A DNA stretch of 64,000 nt, taken from Candidatus Multivorans sp. Its GTDB lineage: Bacteria > Acidobacteriota > Thermoanaerobaculia > Multivoradales > Multivoraceae. Location: contig OZ251997.1 of NCBI GenBank assembly GCA_965247095.1, forward strand, positions 448,001-512,000. Direction: 5' to 3'. A program made the translations under genes and the position numbers. Below, piece after piece: positions 42,975 to 51,986 of this stretch; within the stretch, counting starts at the first letter, position 1; every line of letters starts with the position of its first letter. Below the pieces are notes generated by a model, which made no database searches, was not told where the DNA came from, and worked only from the letters and a program-made list of their open reading frames with translations.

Positions 42975-43651
42975 AGACGGATGGGCTCCGGCCGGACGGC
43001 GCCTACCGCTTTCCGCGCCGGCGCATGGTCGCCAAGCTGGTCGAGCAGTACGGCCTGCGGGACGAGCGGGTGCTCGCGGCCCTGGAACGCGTGCCGCGTC
43101 ACCTGTTCGTGCCGGATCACCTGGTCAACGACGCGTACAGCGACCGCGCGTTGCCGATCGGTTGCGAGCAGACGATCTCCCAGCCCTACATCGTCGCGCG
43201 CATGACCGAAAGGCTGGATGTGGGGGCCGAGGATTCGGTGCTCGAGATCGGCACCGGATCGGGCTACCAGACGGCGGTCCTGGCCACGCTCGCGCGCCGC
43301 GTCTACAGCATTGAGAGGGTGGGGCAGTTGGCCCGGGAGGCGATCGGCAGAGTACAGGCGCTCGAACTGCCCAACGTCAAGATTCAGGTCTTCGACGGCA
43401 CGGTCGGCTGGAGCAGCGCCGCTCCCTTCGACCGCATTCTTGTCGCCGCGGCCGCGCCCCGGGTTCCCGACGCGCTTCTCGATCAACTGGCGCCGGGCGG
43501 CCGCCTCGTCATTCCCGAGGGGGACCGGCACGAGCAACGGCTGATCGACTACCAGAAGCACCGGAACGGCGTGGTGACGCGCGAGGTCGGCGAACCGGTT
43601 CGCTTCGTGCCCCTGATCGGCCGGCACGGCTGGAAGACGAAGGTCGAGTAG
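42971..43651 (+). CDS. pcm: Protein-L-isoaspartate O-methyltransferase
   Basis: Motifs: VPRHLFV, QTISQPY, VLEIGTGSGYQ, APFDRI, FVPL. Confidence 0.96.
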   Translation: MKTDGLRPDGAYRFPRRRMVAKLVEQYGLRDERVLAALERVPRHLFVPDHLVNDAYSDRALPIGCEQTISQPYIVARMTERLDVGAEDSVLEIGTGSGYQTAVLATLARRVYSIERVGQLAREAIGRVQALELPNVKIQVFDGTVGWSSAAPFDRILVAAAAPRVPDALLDQLAPGGRLVIPEGDRHEQRLIDYQKHRNGVVTREVGEPVRFVPLIGRHGWKTKVE

Positions 43652-43672
43652 GCGGAACTGGAGAACGCGGCG

Positions 43673-44215
43673 ATGGCAGCAGACGGTACGACCCGACTGA
43701 AGGAACTGAAGGACTGGATCCGCGAGGTGCCCGACTTCCCGAAGCCGGGGATCCTGTTCAAGGACATCACCACCCTGCTCAAGGAGCCGGCGGCGCTGCG
43801 AGAGGCAGCCGACCGGCTCGCCGAACGGTTTGCGGACCGTCGGATCGACCAGGTGGTCGGGATCGAAGCGCGCGGCTTCATCTTCGCGCCGCTCGTGGCG
43901 TATCGACTGAACGCCGGTTTCGTGCCGGTGAGGAAAGCCGGAAAGCTGCCGGCCGAGACGGCCGCCCGCACCTACGAACTCGAGTACGGCAGCGACACGC
44001 TGGAGATGCATGTCGACGGTCTCTCCTCCGGTGACCGGGTGGCCCTGGTCGACGATCTGCTGGCCACCGGCGGCACCGCGAGGGCGGCCGCCGGCCTGAT
44101 CGAGTCGGTCGGGGCCCGGGTCGAGGCCGTCGGATTCGTCGTCGAACTGACGTACCTCGAAGGCCGGCGACGCCTCGAAGGCTACGACGTGGTTGAATCG
44201 CTGGTCCGATACTGA
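43673..44215 (+). CDS. apt: Adenine phosphoribosyltransferase
   Basis: Motifs: [40 protein letters not shown]. Confidence 0.97.
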   Translation: MAADGTTRLKELKDWIREVPDFPKPGILFKDITTLLKEPAALREAADRLAERFADRRIDQVVGIEARGFIFAPLVAYRLNAGFVPVRKAGKLPAETAARTYELEYGSDTLEMHVDGLSSGDRVALVDDLLATGGTARAAAGLIESVGARVEAVGFVVELTYLEGRRRLEGYDVVESLVRY

Positions 44216-44255
44216 GATCCTTGGCGGCCGGCCACCGGGCCGGCCCGATTGGTCA

Positions 44256-44332
44256 GCGCCTGTAGCTCAGCGGGATAGAGCGGTGGATTCCTAATCCGCA
44301 GGTCGGGGGTTCGAGTCCCTCCAGGCGCACCA
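44256..44332 (+). tRNA. tRNA-Arg(CCT)
   Basis: Acceptor stem GCGCCTG/CAGGCGC, D-arm AGCTCAG..GGATAGAGC, anticodon loop TTCCTAA, T-loop GGTTCGAGTCC, encoded CCA. Confidence 0.96.
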
Positions 44333-44333
44333 C

Positions 44334-44433
44334 CCGCCCGCATCTCAGGGGATGACGCGGTAGGGATTCCCAATCAACAGGCAAGGGGGTTCGAGTCCCT
44401 CCAGGCGCACCACCGCCCTCCAGGCGCACCACC
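44334..44433 (+). pseudogene. Decayed tandem tRNA copy plus a third copy of the 3' end (att-like)
   Basis: 44385-44414 is identical to 44305-44334. 44334-44384 aligns loosely to the tRNA 5' half. 44416-44433 repeats CCCTCCAGGCGCACCACC. Confidence 0.8.
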
Positions 44434-44483
44434 CCCGCTCCCCCGTAGTTTTTAGTGCATTTGACCGCAAGAACTAAAAGCAA

Positions 44484-44512
44484 TTGACCGCCTCGGAGCA
44501 CGCGACTAGGCT
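44484..44512 (+). promoter_or_regulatory. Sigma70-type promoter
   Basis: TTGACC-N17-TAGGCT immediately upstream of the PKD gene. Confidence 0.6.
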
Positions 44513-44523
44513 GCGCGACCGTT

Positions 44524-45240
44524 GTGTTCCTTTCGGTGGCGCTCTTCACACAGTCTGGAGCGGTCGCGGCCGCAAACGAGCCGCCGCGGTCGCCGCCGGG
44601 ACCCCCGGTAGCCGGTTTCAGGACACGGAACGTGTTTTGCGAGGACGGTCTCTGTTTCGCGAAGACCGGCTTCGCGGTGGTCTTCGAAGAGACGAGCACC
44701 GGCACGATCACTTCGCGGAGCTGGGACTTCGGCGATAGTGGCCCGAGCCGTGTGCGAGGAGAGGAGTACGCCTGGTCGGCGCCGGGTTTCTACACGGTGA
44801 CGCTGACCGTGACGGATGGCGTGGTGGAGTCGACGGCCTCCCAGGTGTTCCTGGTGGAGGTGAGCCTGCCGGCGGGAAGCTGTGTGCCGGACGATGTGAC
44901 GCGGTGCCTGTTGGACTCTCGCTATGCGGTGCGGGTGAACTGGTGGACGCTGCGCGGCGAGGCCGGCGCCGGCAAGGTGGTCCGTGAGGGGACGAACGAC
45001 TCCGGTCTCTTCTGGTTCTTCAATCCGGAAGACTGGGAAGTGCTGCTCAAGGTGCTGGACGGCTGCGCCATCAACGGCCACGTATGGGTGTTCGGAGCGT
45101 CTACGACGGACGTCGGGTACGCGATCGAAGTGACGGACACCGTGATCGGCGGGGTGCGGGAGTACCGGAACGAGGCGGGGCGACCCGCGCCGGCAGTGGT
45201 GGACACGGCGGCCTTCGCCCTGGGTTGCGCCATTCCCTGA
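44524..45240 (+). CDS. Secreted PKD-domain protein with a Thermoanaerobaculia-type C-terminal domain
   Basis: PKD motif SWDFGD..PGFYTVTLTVTDG, then CLLDSRY..NDSGLFWFFNPEDWEVLLKVLDGCAINGHVWVFGASTTD. Confidence 0.75.
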   Translation: MFLSVALFTQSGAVAAANEPPRSPPGPPVAGFRTRNVFCEDGLCFAKTGFAVVFEETSTGTITSRSWDFGDSGPSRVRGEEYAWSAPGFYTVTLTVTDGVVESTASQVFLVEVSLPAGSCVPDDVTRCLLDSRYAVRVNWWTLRGEAGAGKVVREGTNDSGLFWFFNPEDWEVLLKVLDGCAINGHVWVFGASTTDVGYAIEVTDTVIGGVREYRNEAGRPAPAVVDTAAFALGCAIP

Positions 45241-45293
45241 GGCCGGTGAGGGCGCGCGAGGCGCGCTACGGTGCGGAGGGGACGGCTTCTACT

Positions 45294-45329
45294 CTCGCGG
45301 CGCTCGCGGCGCTCGCGGCGCTGGCGGCG
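45294..45329. repeat. 9-bp tandem repeat
   Basis: (CTCGCGGCG)x3 plus CTGGCGGCG, between convergent genes. Confidence 0.85.
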
Positions 45330-45343
45330 CCAAGGGCGACAGC

Positions 45344-45529
45344 CTAGTCCTCGATCTCGCGCTTCGGCTTGTCCTCGTCCTCGTCTTCGCCGGGCTCGTT
45401 CAGGCCGCGCTTGAAGTTCCGGATGCCGGCGCCCAGACCTCCCGCCAGCTTGGGTATTCGGCTGGCGCCGAAGACCAGGATGATGATCGCGAGAACGATC
45501 AGCAGTTCGCCAAATCCCAGGGTCGGCAT
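45344..45529 (-). CDS. tatA: Twin-arginine translocase TatA
   Basis: MPTLGFGELLIVLAIIILVFGASRIPKLAGGLGAGIRNFK. Confidence 0.95.
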   Translation of the reverse strand: MPTLGFGELLIVLAIIILVFGASRIPKLAGGLGAGIRNFKRGLNEPGEDEDEDKPKREIED

Positions 45530-45678
45530 CGCGGGTGCTCCAGGTGGTTGAGTGGCGTCGCCGGTTGACGGGTTCTGCGGCGGCAGGCGCCTGAGGGCAA
45601 GTTTGCCACAGCTTGGGCGTGGAGACGTTTGGTGCGGGTCAACGGTGGTAGGGTTTGCGCCGCTCAGGGAGGTCTTGA

Positions 45679-46518
45679 ATGAGCCGTTTGACACGAGACG
45701 AAATCCGGCGGGATGAGGTGCGCGAGGCGGTTGTTACGGCCTCCACCTGGTTCGCCGACCACGTCCGGCAGATCCTGCTCGGGGTCGCGGCAGCGATCGC
45801 CCTCGTCATCGGCGTCGTGGTCTTCCTCAACTACCAGGACCGCCGGGAAGCGGCGGCGAGCTTCCAACTCAGTGAAGCTCTGAAGGTCTACCGGGCGCCG
45901 ATCGATGTGCCGGAGACGGACGCCATCGACGATCTCTTCGGCACGCCGCCGGACAGCGCGCCGGGCGAGGACGACGCCGGGGCGCCGGAGACCCCCGTTG
46001 CGGAAGACGACGGCGAAGACGAGAGCCTGAGTTTCGCCTCCGAGGCGGAACGGCGCGCGGAGGCGCGGGTGGCGCTCGAAGCGGTCGAGGAGAGCTACGG
46101 ATCGACCGCCTCGGGTCGGCTGGCTTCGGTCTATCTGGGCCAGATTGCCGCGGCCGAGGGAGACACGGCGACGGCGCGTGAGCTGTGGACGGAGTATCTC
46201 GAGACGGACGGCGACGACCATGCGCTGGCCGTGAGCCTGCAGTTGAACCTTTACAGCCTCGACCGCGCCGAGGGCCGGGGGGAGCAGCTTGCCGCCGAGC
46301 TCCGCGGCGCGGTGGCGACCGAGACGTCCGCGCTGCCGAAGGATGCACTGCTGTTCGAACTGGCCGCGACCCTGGAGCAACTCGGCGACGCGGATGGCGC
46401 TCGGGAGACCTTCCAGCGCATCGTCGACGAGTACCCGGACAGCGGCTACGCGATCAGGGCCCGGCAACAGCTCGGGCCCGACCCCGCCGCCGCGAGTCCG
46501 TTCAGTTTCGGCGGCTAG
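45679..46518 (+). CDS. Membrane-anchored TPR protein (YfgM-like)
   Basis: RLTRDEIRRDE N-terminus, one TM helix, TPR helices ending FQRIVDEYPDS. GGAGG SD. Confidence 0.8.
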   Translation: MSRLTRDEIRRDEVREAVVTASTWFADHVRQILLGVAAAIALVIGVVVFLNYQDRREAAASFQLSEALKVYRAPIDVPETDAIDDLFGTPPDSAPGEDDAGAPETPVAEDDGEDESLSFASEAERRAEARVALEAVEESYGSTASGRLASVYLGQIAAAEGDTATARELWTEYLETDGDDHALAVSLQLNLYSLDRAEGRGEQLAAELRGAVATETSALPKDALLFELAATLEQLGDADGARETFQRIVDEYPDSGYAIRARQQLGPDPAAASPFSFGG

Positions 46519-46538
46519 CAGCGTAGGGCGCCGCCCGC

Positions 46539-47822
46539 ATGGTCACGCCCTACGGCATTCTGAACCGGATGCGTCAGGGGCGGACGCTGACCCGGGACGA
46601 GGTGCGGTCGGTGGTCGCGGGAGCGGCCGACGGAAGCTGGACGGATGTGCACCTCGCCGCCTTCCTGATGGCCGCCGCGATGCGGGGCCTGGACGCGGAC
46701 GAGACGCGGGAGCTGACCCTGGCGATGCTCGATTCCGGCGACCGATGGGCGCTTGCCGCGGACTTCGGCCCGCTCGTCGACAAGCACTCGACCGGCGGAG
46801 TCGGCGATACGGTCAGCCTGATCGTTCTGCCCGTGCTGGCCTCGTGCGGGGTGCCGGCGGCCAAGCTCACCGGCCGCGCCCTGGGCCACAGCGGCGGCAC
46901 CGCGGACAAGCTGGAGAGCATCCCCGGCGTGCGGTTGGAGTTGGACCGGGGCAGGACCCTCGGTCTGCTCGAACGCTTCGGCATGGCGATCGGCATCGCG
47001 ACCGCCGGCATCGCACCGGCCGACAGGCGTCTGTACGGCCTGAGGGACCGGACCTCGACGGTGAGTTCGATCCCGCTCGTCGTCGGCAGCATCCTGTCGA
47101 AGAAGCTCGCGCTGGGTGCGTCCGGGATCGTGTTCGACGTCAAGACCGGCAACGGCGGCTTCTTTCCCGATCCGGAGGACACCCGCACCCTGGCGTCCAG
47201 GCTGGTTGAGATCAGCGCCGCCTGCGGCACGCCGGCGGACTGCGTCTTGAGCGACATGAGTCAGCCTCTTGGCCGCTGGGTCGGTCACGCGGCCGAAGTG
47301 CGTGAAGCCCTGGACTGCCTGGCCGGGGACGGCGACGCGCGACTGGTCGAAGTGGTCGCTGCGATCTGCCGGAAGGCCTCGCGCCTGGTCGGCAGGGAGA
47401 TCTCCTCGAAGGACATCGAGGCCGCCATCGCATCGGGCGCCGCCCGCCAGAAGCTGATCGACTGGGCCGATGCCCAGGGCGCCGTATCAGGCTGGATCGA
47501 CTCTCTGGAGCTGGCGCCGATCGAGGCCATCGTCACCGCCTCCGAGTCGGGCTTCCTCTCGGCCGTCGACTGCCGGCGGATCGGCAACGCCTTCGCGGAC
47601 GCCTGCCGCCCGGACCGTGACCCGAACAGGATCGACCACGCCGTCGCGCTCCGGTACGACGTGCGCCTCGGCCAGGAGGTCGAACGCGGCCAGGAACTCG
47701 CGCGCCTGTACGTGCGCCGGGATCCGGAGACGCTGCAGCGCGAGGTCGCGGCTGCGCTCGTCATCGGCGAAGAGATCGAGCCGCCGCCGCCGGTGTCGGA
47801 GTACAGGGCTCGGGAAAGGTAG
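46539..47822 (+). CDS. pdp: Thymidine/pyrimidine-nucleoside phosphorylase
   Basis: Motifs: DKHSTGGVGD, GRALGHSGGTADKLESIPG, APADRRLYGLRD, SILSKKLA, DVKTGNG. Confidence 0.94.
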   Translation: MVTPYGILNRMRQGRTLTRDEVRSVVAGAADGSWTDVHLAAFLMAAAMRGLDADETRELTLAMLDSGDRWALAADFGPLVDKHSTGGVGDTVSLIVLPVLASCGVPAAKLTGRALGHSGGTADKLESIPGVRLELDRGRTLGLLERFGMAIGIATAGIAPADRRLYGLRDRTSTVSSIPLVVGSILSKKLALGASGIVFDVKTGNGGFFPDPEDTRTLASRLVEISAACGTPADCVLSDMSQPLGRWVGHAAEVREALDCLAGDGDARLVEVVAAICRKASRLVGREISSKDIEAAIASGAARQKLIDWADAQGAVSGWIDSLELAPIEAIVTASESGFLSAVDCRRIGNAFADACRPDRDPNRIDHAVALRYDVRLGQEVERGQELARLYVRRDPETLQREVAAALVIGEEIEPPPPVSEYRARER

Positions 47823-47830
47823 GGAACGAG

Positions 47831-48070
47831 GTGGAGATTCCTCAAGTCGAAGTCGACCTGTTGCGCCGGTGGGTGGAAGAGCGGGACGAGGATCCCGAGA
47901 TGAGCGGCTCCTTCGAGGAGCACCGGAAGAAAGAGCCCGAGCGAGTCGCGCGCCTCAGAGAGGCTGTCGTGAGCTTCGTCGGCGGTGGCGGACTTGGGAA
48001 GTTCGCCGACGAGTATGTGTCGCCTTTCAACGCCGTTAGGAGTCGAGTCGCGGCGTCCGCGCCGCGCTGA
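47831..48070 (+). pseudogene. Short ORF, possibly the N-terminal remnant of mcrB
   Basis: GAGG before GTG, protein-like composition, directly upstream of McrB/McrC fragments. Identity is inferred from context only. Confidence 0.35.
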
Positions 48071-48171
48071 CGCACAGGGAACAGGGATTGTTCCATGCAA
48101 GTACCCACAGCGGTATCGCTGCGCTGTCGCGCAGGGAACACCGTAAGAGCGTGGTCGCTACTTCGGTCCGC

Positions 48172-48200
48172 CCTGGGGAACGCGGGCGTCTCGCCCGCAT
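48172..48200 (+). repeat. REP-like palindromic repeat between 14-bp direct repeats
   Basis: CCTGGGGAACGCGGGCG-TCT-CGCCCGCAT. TTGTTCCATGCAAG occurs at 48088-48101 and 48232-48245. Confidence 0.75.
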
Positions 48201-48238
48201 TAGGCACGAAGGGCCGGCCAGGACGAGGAGTTTGTTCC

Positions 48239-48718
48239 ATGCAAGCTTTGTTGGGGGAGTACTGGTTCGATCAGCCGGATGAAGCGTCGAAGAGGGTTAG
48301 CAACCTGCTTGCGGGCGCCCTTCCGAAGGGTGAACTGGATGACGGACTCAGAGGCAAGCTGGCCCGCTCGGCGCGACTCATGCCCGAGGTCGCTGAGGTG
48401 GAACTGCGCGACGACTTGTTTCGTCGCGTCCAGATCCACCGGAACAATGCCGACTACGGGTTTCTCCTCAGCGTTTGCCGGCTACTGAGCGGCCGCCTGT
48501 TCTCTGAGGGGCGCCCAGGGGTCGTCCGCTTCCAGCAGTTCGATGCCGATGACCCGGAGACGGGAAATCTGTTCGAGGCATTCGTCCGCGGCGGGTACCC
48601 GCTGAGAGTGCGGTCGCTCGACTTGGGCCAAGCGTGGCCCGACCTGCGCGACGACCTGCTCAACTTCGCCGACGAACTGGCCGACGCGACCGGCGCCAGG
48701 GTGCGCTCCGCGGCCTGA
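48239..48718 (+). pseudogene. Collapsed McrB/McrC remnant
   Basis: LLGEYWFDQPDEA is an McrB-type C-terminus. FRRVQIHRNNADYGFLLSVCRL and LFEAFVR are McrC middle motifs. LRVRSLDLGQAW is the McrC end. The PD-(D/E)xK core is absent. Confidence 0.7.
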
Positions 48719-48870
48719 ACCGCGTTCCGGTCCCGCCGATTGCCGGTGGCGCCACGGTCGGTCCGACTGCCCGGCGACCTCCAGCCTGCTGCGGGCCCTG
48801 GGACCCTCCCCCCGGCCCGCAGCAGGCGGGTGCGTGTCTTCGTGCAAGCAGCCTCGTTACACTGCGGCCG

Positions 48871-50193
48871 GTGAAGGCTTCGATACTCGCCGTTGGCGCC
48901 GAGTTGCTCGGCACGGACCGGCTCGACACGAACTCGCTGGCGCTGACGGAGGTGCTGAGGCGGCGGGGAGTGGAACTGGTCTCGAAGGCGGTCGTCGGCG
49001 ACGATGTGGCCGAGATCGCGGAGACCCTGGGTGGACTCCGGGAGCGGGCGGACCTGCTGCTCGTGACCGGCGGGCTGGGCCCGACCCGGGACGACCTGAC
49101 GCGCGAGGGGGTGGCGCGGCTGCTGGGACGCGGTGTCGCCGTCGACGAAGGCGTCTGGGAGGAGATCGAGCGCGGGTTCAGAAAGCTCGGCCGCAAGATC
49201 CCCCGGGTCAATCGCAAGCAGGCGGAGCGGGTCGATGGCGCCGAGATGCTGCCGAACCGCGCCGGCGTGGCGCCCGGGCTGCGGATCGAGGATCCGGCGC
49301 CTCTGCCCCGAGGCACGACGTACTTTCTGTTCCCCGGCGTGCCGCGGGAGCTGAAGGCCCTGGTCGTCGATGCGCTGGATCCATGGCTGGCCGAACGGGC
49401 CGAGGACGGCGCCGGCTTCGATCAGGTCGAGGTGCGGGTCGCCTGCCTGCCGGAGTCGGTGGTCGAGGAGCGGATTGCGCCGGTCTACGAGCGTTTCGGC
49501 GACCATATGGTGTCGCTGCTGGCGCGGCCGGGCGAGATCCGGCTCCGCCTGCGCGCCGACGGCCCGATCAGTGGCCGGGGGCCCCGGCTCCTGGCGATGG
49601 AAGAGGGGGTGCGGGACGCCCTGGGCGAGGCGGTCTTCTACGTCGGCCCGATCGAGGACGGCATCGAGTTCGAGGCCGCGGTCGGCGACCTGCTGGCTGC
49701 GCGCAGCGAGACGGTCGCGGTCGCCGAATCCTGTACCGGGGGTCTGCTCGGCCAGCGCTTCACCGCCACCGCGGGCAGCAGCGCGTACTTCGTGGGCGGT
49801 TTCCTCACCTACTCGAACAAACTGAAGATGCGCCTGCTCGGCGTGCCTCGGGAGACCCTGGTGGCGCACGGCGCGGTGTCCAAGGCGACGGTGCTGGCGA
49901 TGGCCAGGGGCGCCCGGGAGCGCTGCGGCAGCGACTACGGGATCGGGATCACGGGCGTTGCGGGCCCTGGCGGCGGCAGCGAGGCGCTGCCGGTTGGGAC
50001 CGTTCACATCGCGGTCGCCGGACCGGCAGCCGCCGCCTCGCACTTCGAGGCGCGATTCCCGGGCGATCGGGCGCGGGTGCGGCAGCTCTCGACCCAGTTC
50101 GCGCTCGAGCTGCTGCGGCGGATGCTGCTGCCGGCTGAGACCGGGCGAGACCTGCTGCCCTGGGCGGCGCCGCGCGGGGACGGGGCGTCGTGA
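48871..50193 (+). CDS. cinA: CinA competence/damage-inducible protein (NMN deamidase domain)
   Basis: Motifs: VGAELL..DTN, TGGLGPTRDDLT, PGVPREL, AESCTGG, HGAVS, ITGVAGPGGG. Confidence 0.94.
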   Translation: MKASILAVGAELLGTDRLDTNSLALTEVLRRRGVELVSKAVVGDDVAEIAETLGGLRERADLLLVTGGLGPTRDDLTREGVARLLGRGVAVDEGVWEEIERGFRKLGRKIPRVNRKQAERVDGAEMLPNRAGVAPGLRIEDPAPLPRGTTYFLFPGVPRELKALVVDALDPWLAERAEDGAGFDQVEVRVACLPESVVEERIAPVYERFGDHMVSLLARPGEIRLRLRADGPISGRGPRLLAMEEGVRDALGEAVFYVGPIEDGIEFEAAVGDLLAARSETVAVAESCTGGLLGQRFTATAGSSAYFVGGFLTYSNKLKMRLLGVPRETLVAHGAVSKATVLAMARGARERCGSDYGIGITGVAGPGGGSEALPVGTVHIAVAGPAAAASHFEARFPGDRARVRQLSTQFALELLRRMLLPAETGRDLLPWAAPRGDGAS

Positions 50194-50843
50194 CCGCGAC
50201 CGGTCCTGTCGCCGTCCTTGTGGCGTACCTGCTGGGGTCCGTGCCGTTCAGCTATCTGATCGTGCGGATCCACCGGCGGATCGACCTGCGCACGATCGGC
50301 AGCCGAAGCGCCGGCGCCACGAACGTGCTGCGCGCGTCGGGCAAGTGGGCGGCCCTGCTAGCCCTGCTGCTCGATGTGGCCAAGGGCTCGGCGGCGGTGG
50401 TCGCAGCGCGCACGCTCGAGGTCGGGAGCTGGTGGCTCGCGGCTGCCGCGGCGGCGGCGGTCGTGGGGCACGTGTTTCCCCTCTTCCTCGTCTTTCGCGG
50501 CGGCAAGGGCGTGGCCACGGCAGCCGGCGTGCTGGCCGTGCTCGTGCCCTGGGCCGGGCTTGGCGCTCTGGCCGTGTTCATCCTGCTGGTGGCCTGGAAG
50601 CGCTACGTCTCCCTGGGGTCGATCTCGGCGGCGGCTTCCCTGCCGGTGCTGGTCTCGGCCCGCTGGTGGGGGGGCGCGTTCACGGATGCGGACGGCCTGG
50701 ACTACGGCCCGGCGCTGCTGGCCGGTGTGTCCGCGATCGCCGTCCTGGTGATCGTCAAGCATCGGGCCAATCTGGTCCGGCTGCGCGCGGGAACGGAGTC
50801 CCGGCTAGGTCGGAAGCCGGCGCCGCCAGAGGCGGCCGAGTGA
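50190..50843 (+). CDS. plsY: Glycerol-3-phosphate acyltransferase PlsY
   Basis: Motifs: YLLGSVP, GATNVLR, GHVFP..FRGGKGVAT, KHRANLVRL. Confidence 0.95.
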   Translation: MTATGPVAVLVAYLLGSVPFSYLIVRIHRRIDLRTIGSRSAGATNVLRASGKWAALLALLLDVAKGSAAVVAARTLEVGSWWLAAAAAAAVVGHVFPLFLVFRGGKGVATAAGVLAVLVPWAGLGALAVFILLVAWKRYVSLGSISAAASLPVLVSARWWGGAFTDADGLDYGPALLAGVSAIAVLVIVKHRANLVRLRAGTESRLGRKPAPPEAAE

Positions 50844-51901
50844 CGATCGCGGACACAGGCAATGGAGTCGCCGTGCTCGGCGCCGGCGCCTGGGGCACCG
50901 CGCTCGCGGTCCATGCGGCCCGGGCGGGTTCGCCGGTCATCCTCTGGGCCCGGTCCGCCGAGTTCGGCGCGGTTCTGGCGGCGGAGCGGGTGAACGAGCG
51001 TTACCTGCCAGGTGTGGAGTTGCCGGCGCAGGTGCGGGTCACCTGGGATCTGCGGCAGGCCGCCGCCTGCGACACCGTGCTCGTCGTCGTGCCGTCCCAC
51101 GGCTTTCGGGCGGTGGTGCGGTCCTTCCTTGTGGCGCGGCGCGGTCTCGGCGAGGGCGCGCCGCTGCCCGAGCGGGTCACCTTCGTTTCCGGCGCCAAGG
51201 GCATCGAGTCGGACCACCGCGGCGGTTTCCGGTGCATGAGCGACATCTGCCGGGAGGAGGCGGCGGAAGCCGGCACCGACGTCGACTTCGCCACCGTCAG
51301 CGGACCCTCGTTCGCGGCCGAACTCGCCGCCGAGCTGCCGACGGCCTGCGTCGTCGCGGCGGAGTCGGAGGCGGTGGCCGAGCGGCTGCAGGCGCTGTTC
51401 TCGGCCGGAGCGCTGAGGCTCTACACGTCGACCGACGTGATCGGGGTCGAGATCGCCGCCGCGGCCAAGAACGTGATCGCGATCGCGGCCGGCGTCCTGG
51501 ACGGCCTGCGCTACGGATCGAATACGCGCGCGGCGCTGATCACGCGCGGCCTGCACGAGATGATGCGGCTCGGTCTGGCCTGTGGCGGCCGGCCGGCGAC
51601 CTTCGCCGGCCTCGGCGGCCTCGGCGATCTCGTGCTGACGTGCACCGGCGACCTGTCGCGCAACCGGAACACCGGCATCGAGCTGGCCCGGGGCCGCACC
51701 CTCGAGGAGATCGAGGCGGACCGCCCGGGAGTCGCCGAAGGGGTGCGCAACTCGCTCGCCCTGCTCGAGTTGGCGACCGAGAAGAAGGTCGAGTTGCCGA
51801 TCACGGAGCAGATGGTCGAGATCCTCTACCGGGGCAAGGAACCGGCCGCCGCGATCCGGGATCTGATGCAGCGAGAGCCCAAGGTAGAGTCTGCCCTGTG
51901 A
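50840..51901 (+). CDS. gpsA: NAD(P)H-dependent glycerol-3-phosphate dehydrogenase
   Basis: Motifs: GAGAWGTALA, SGPSFA, KNVIAIAAG, GLGDLVLTC..SRN. Confidence 0.96.
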   Translation: MTIADTGNGVAVLGAGAWGTALAVHAARAGSPVILWARSAEFGAVLAAERVNERYLPGVELPAQVRVTWDLRQAAACDTVLVVVPSHGFRAVVRSFLVARRGLGEGAPLPERVTFVSGAKGIESDHRGGFRCMSDICREEAAEAGTDVDFATVSGPSFAAELAAELPTACVVAAESEAVAERLQALFSAGALRLYTSTDVIGVEIAAAAKNVIAIAAGVLDGLRYGSNTRAALITRGLHEMMRLGLACGGRPATFAGLGGLGDLVLTCTGDLSRNRNTGIELARGRTLEEIEADRPGVAEGVRNSLALLELATEKKVELPITEQMVEILYRGKEPAAAIRDLMQREPKVESAL

Positions 51902-51986
51902 TGGTGGAGAGACTGATACGGCCTGCCGCGTGCAGGGATGATTGCTGGCGCGGGGCTCGTGAGCCGCGCGTCGCTTCCGCGCTGTG

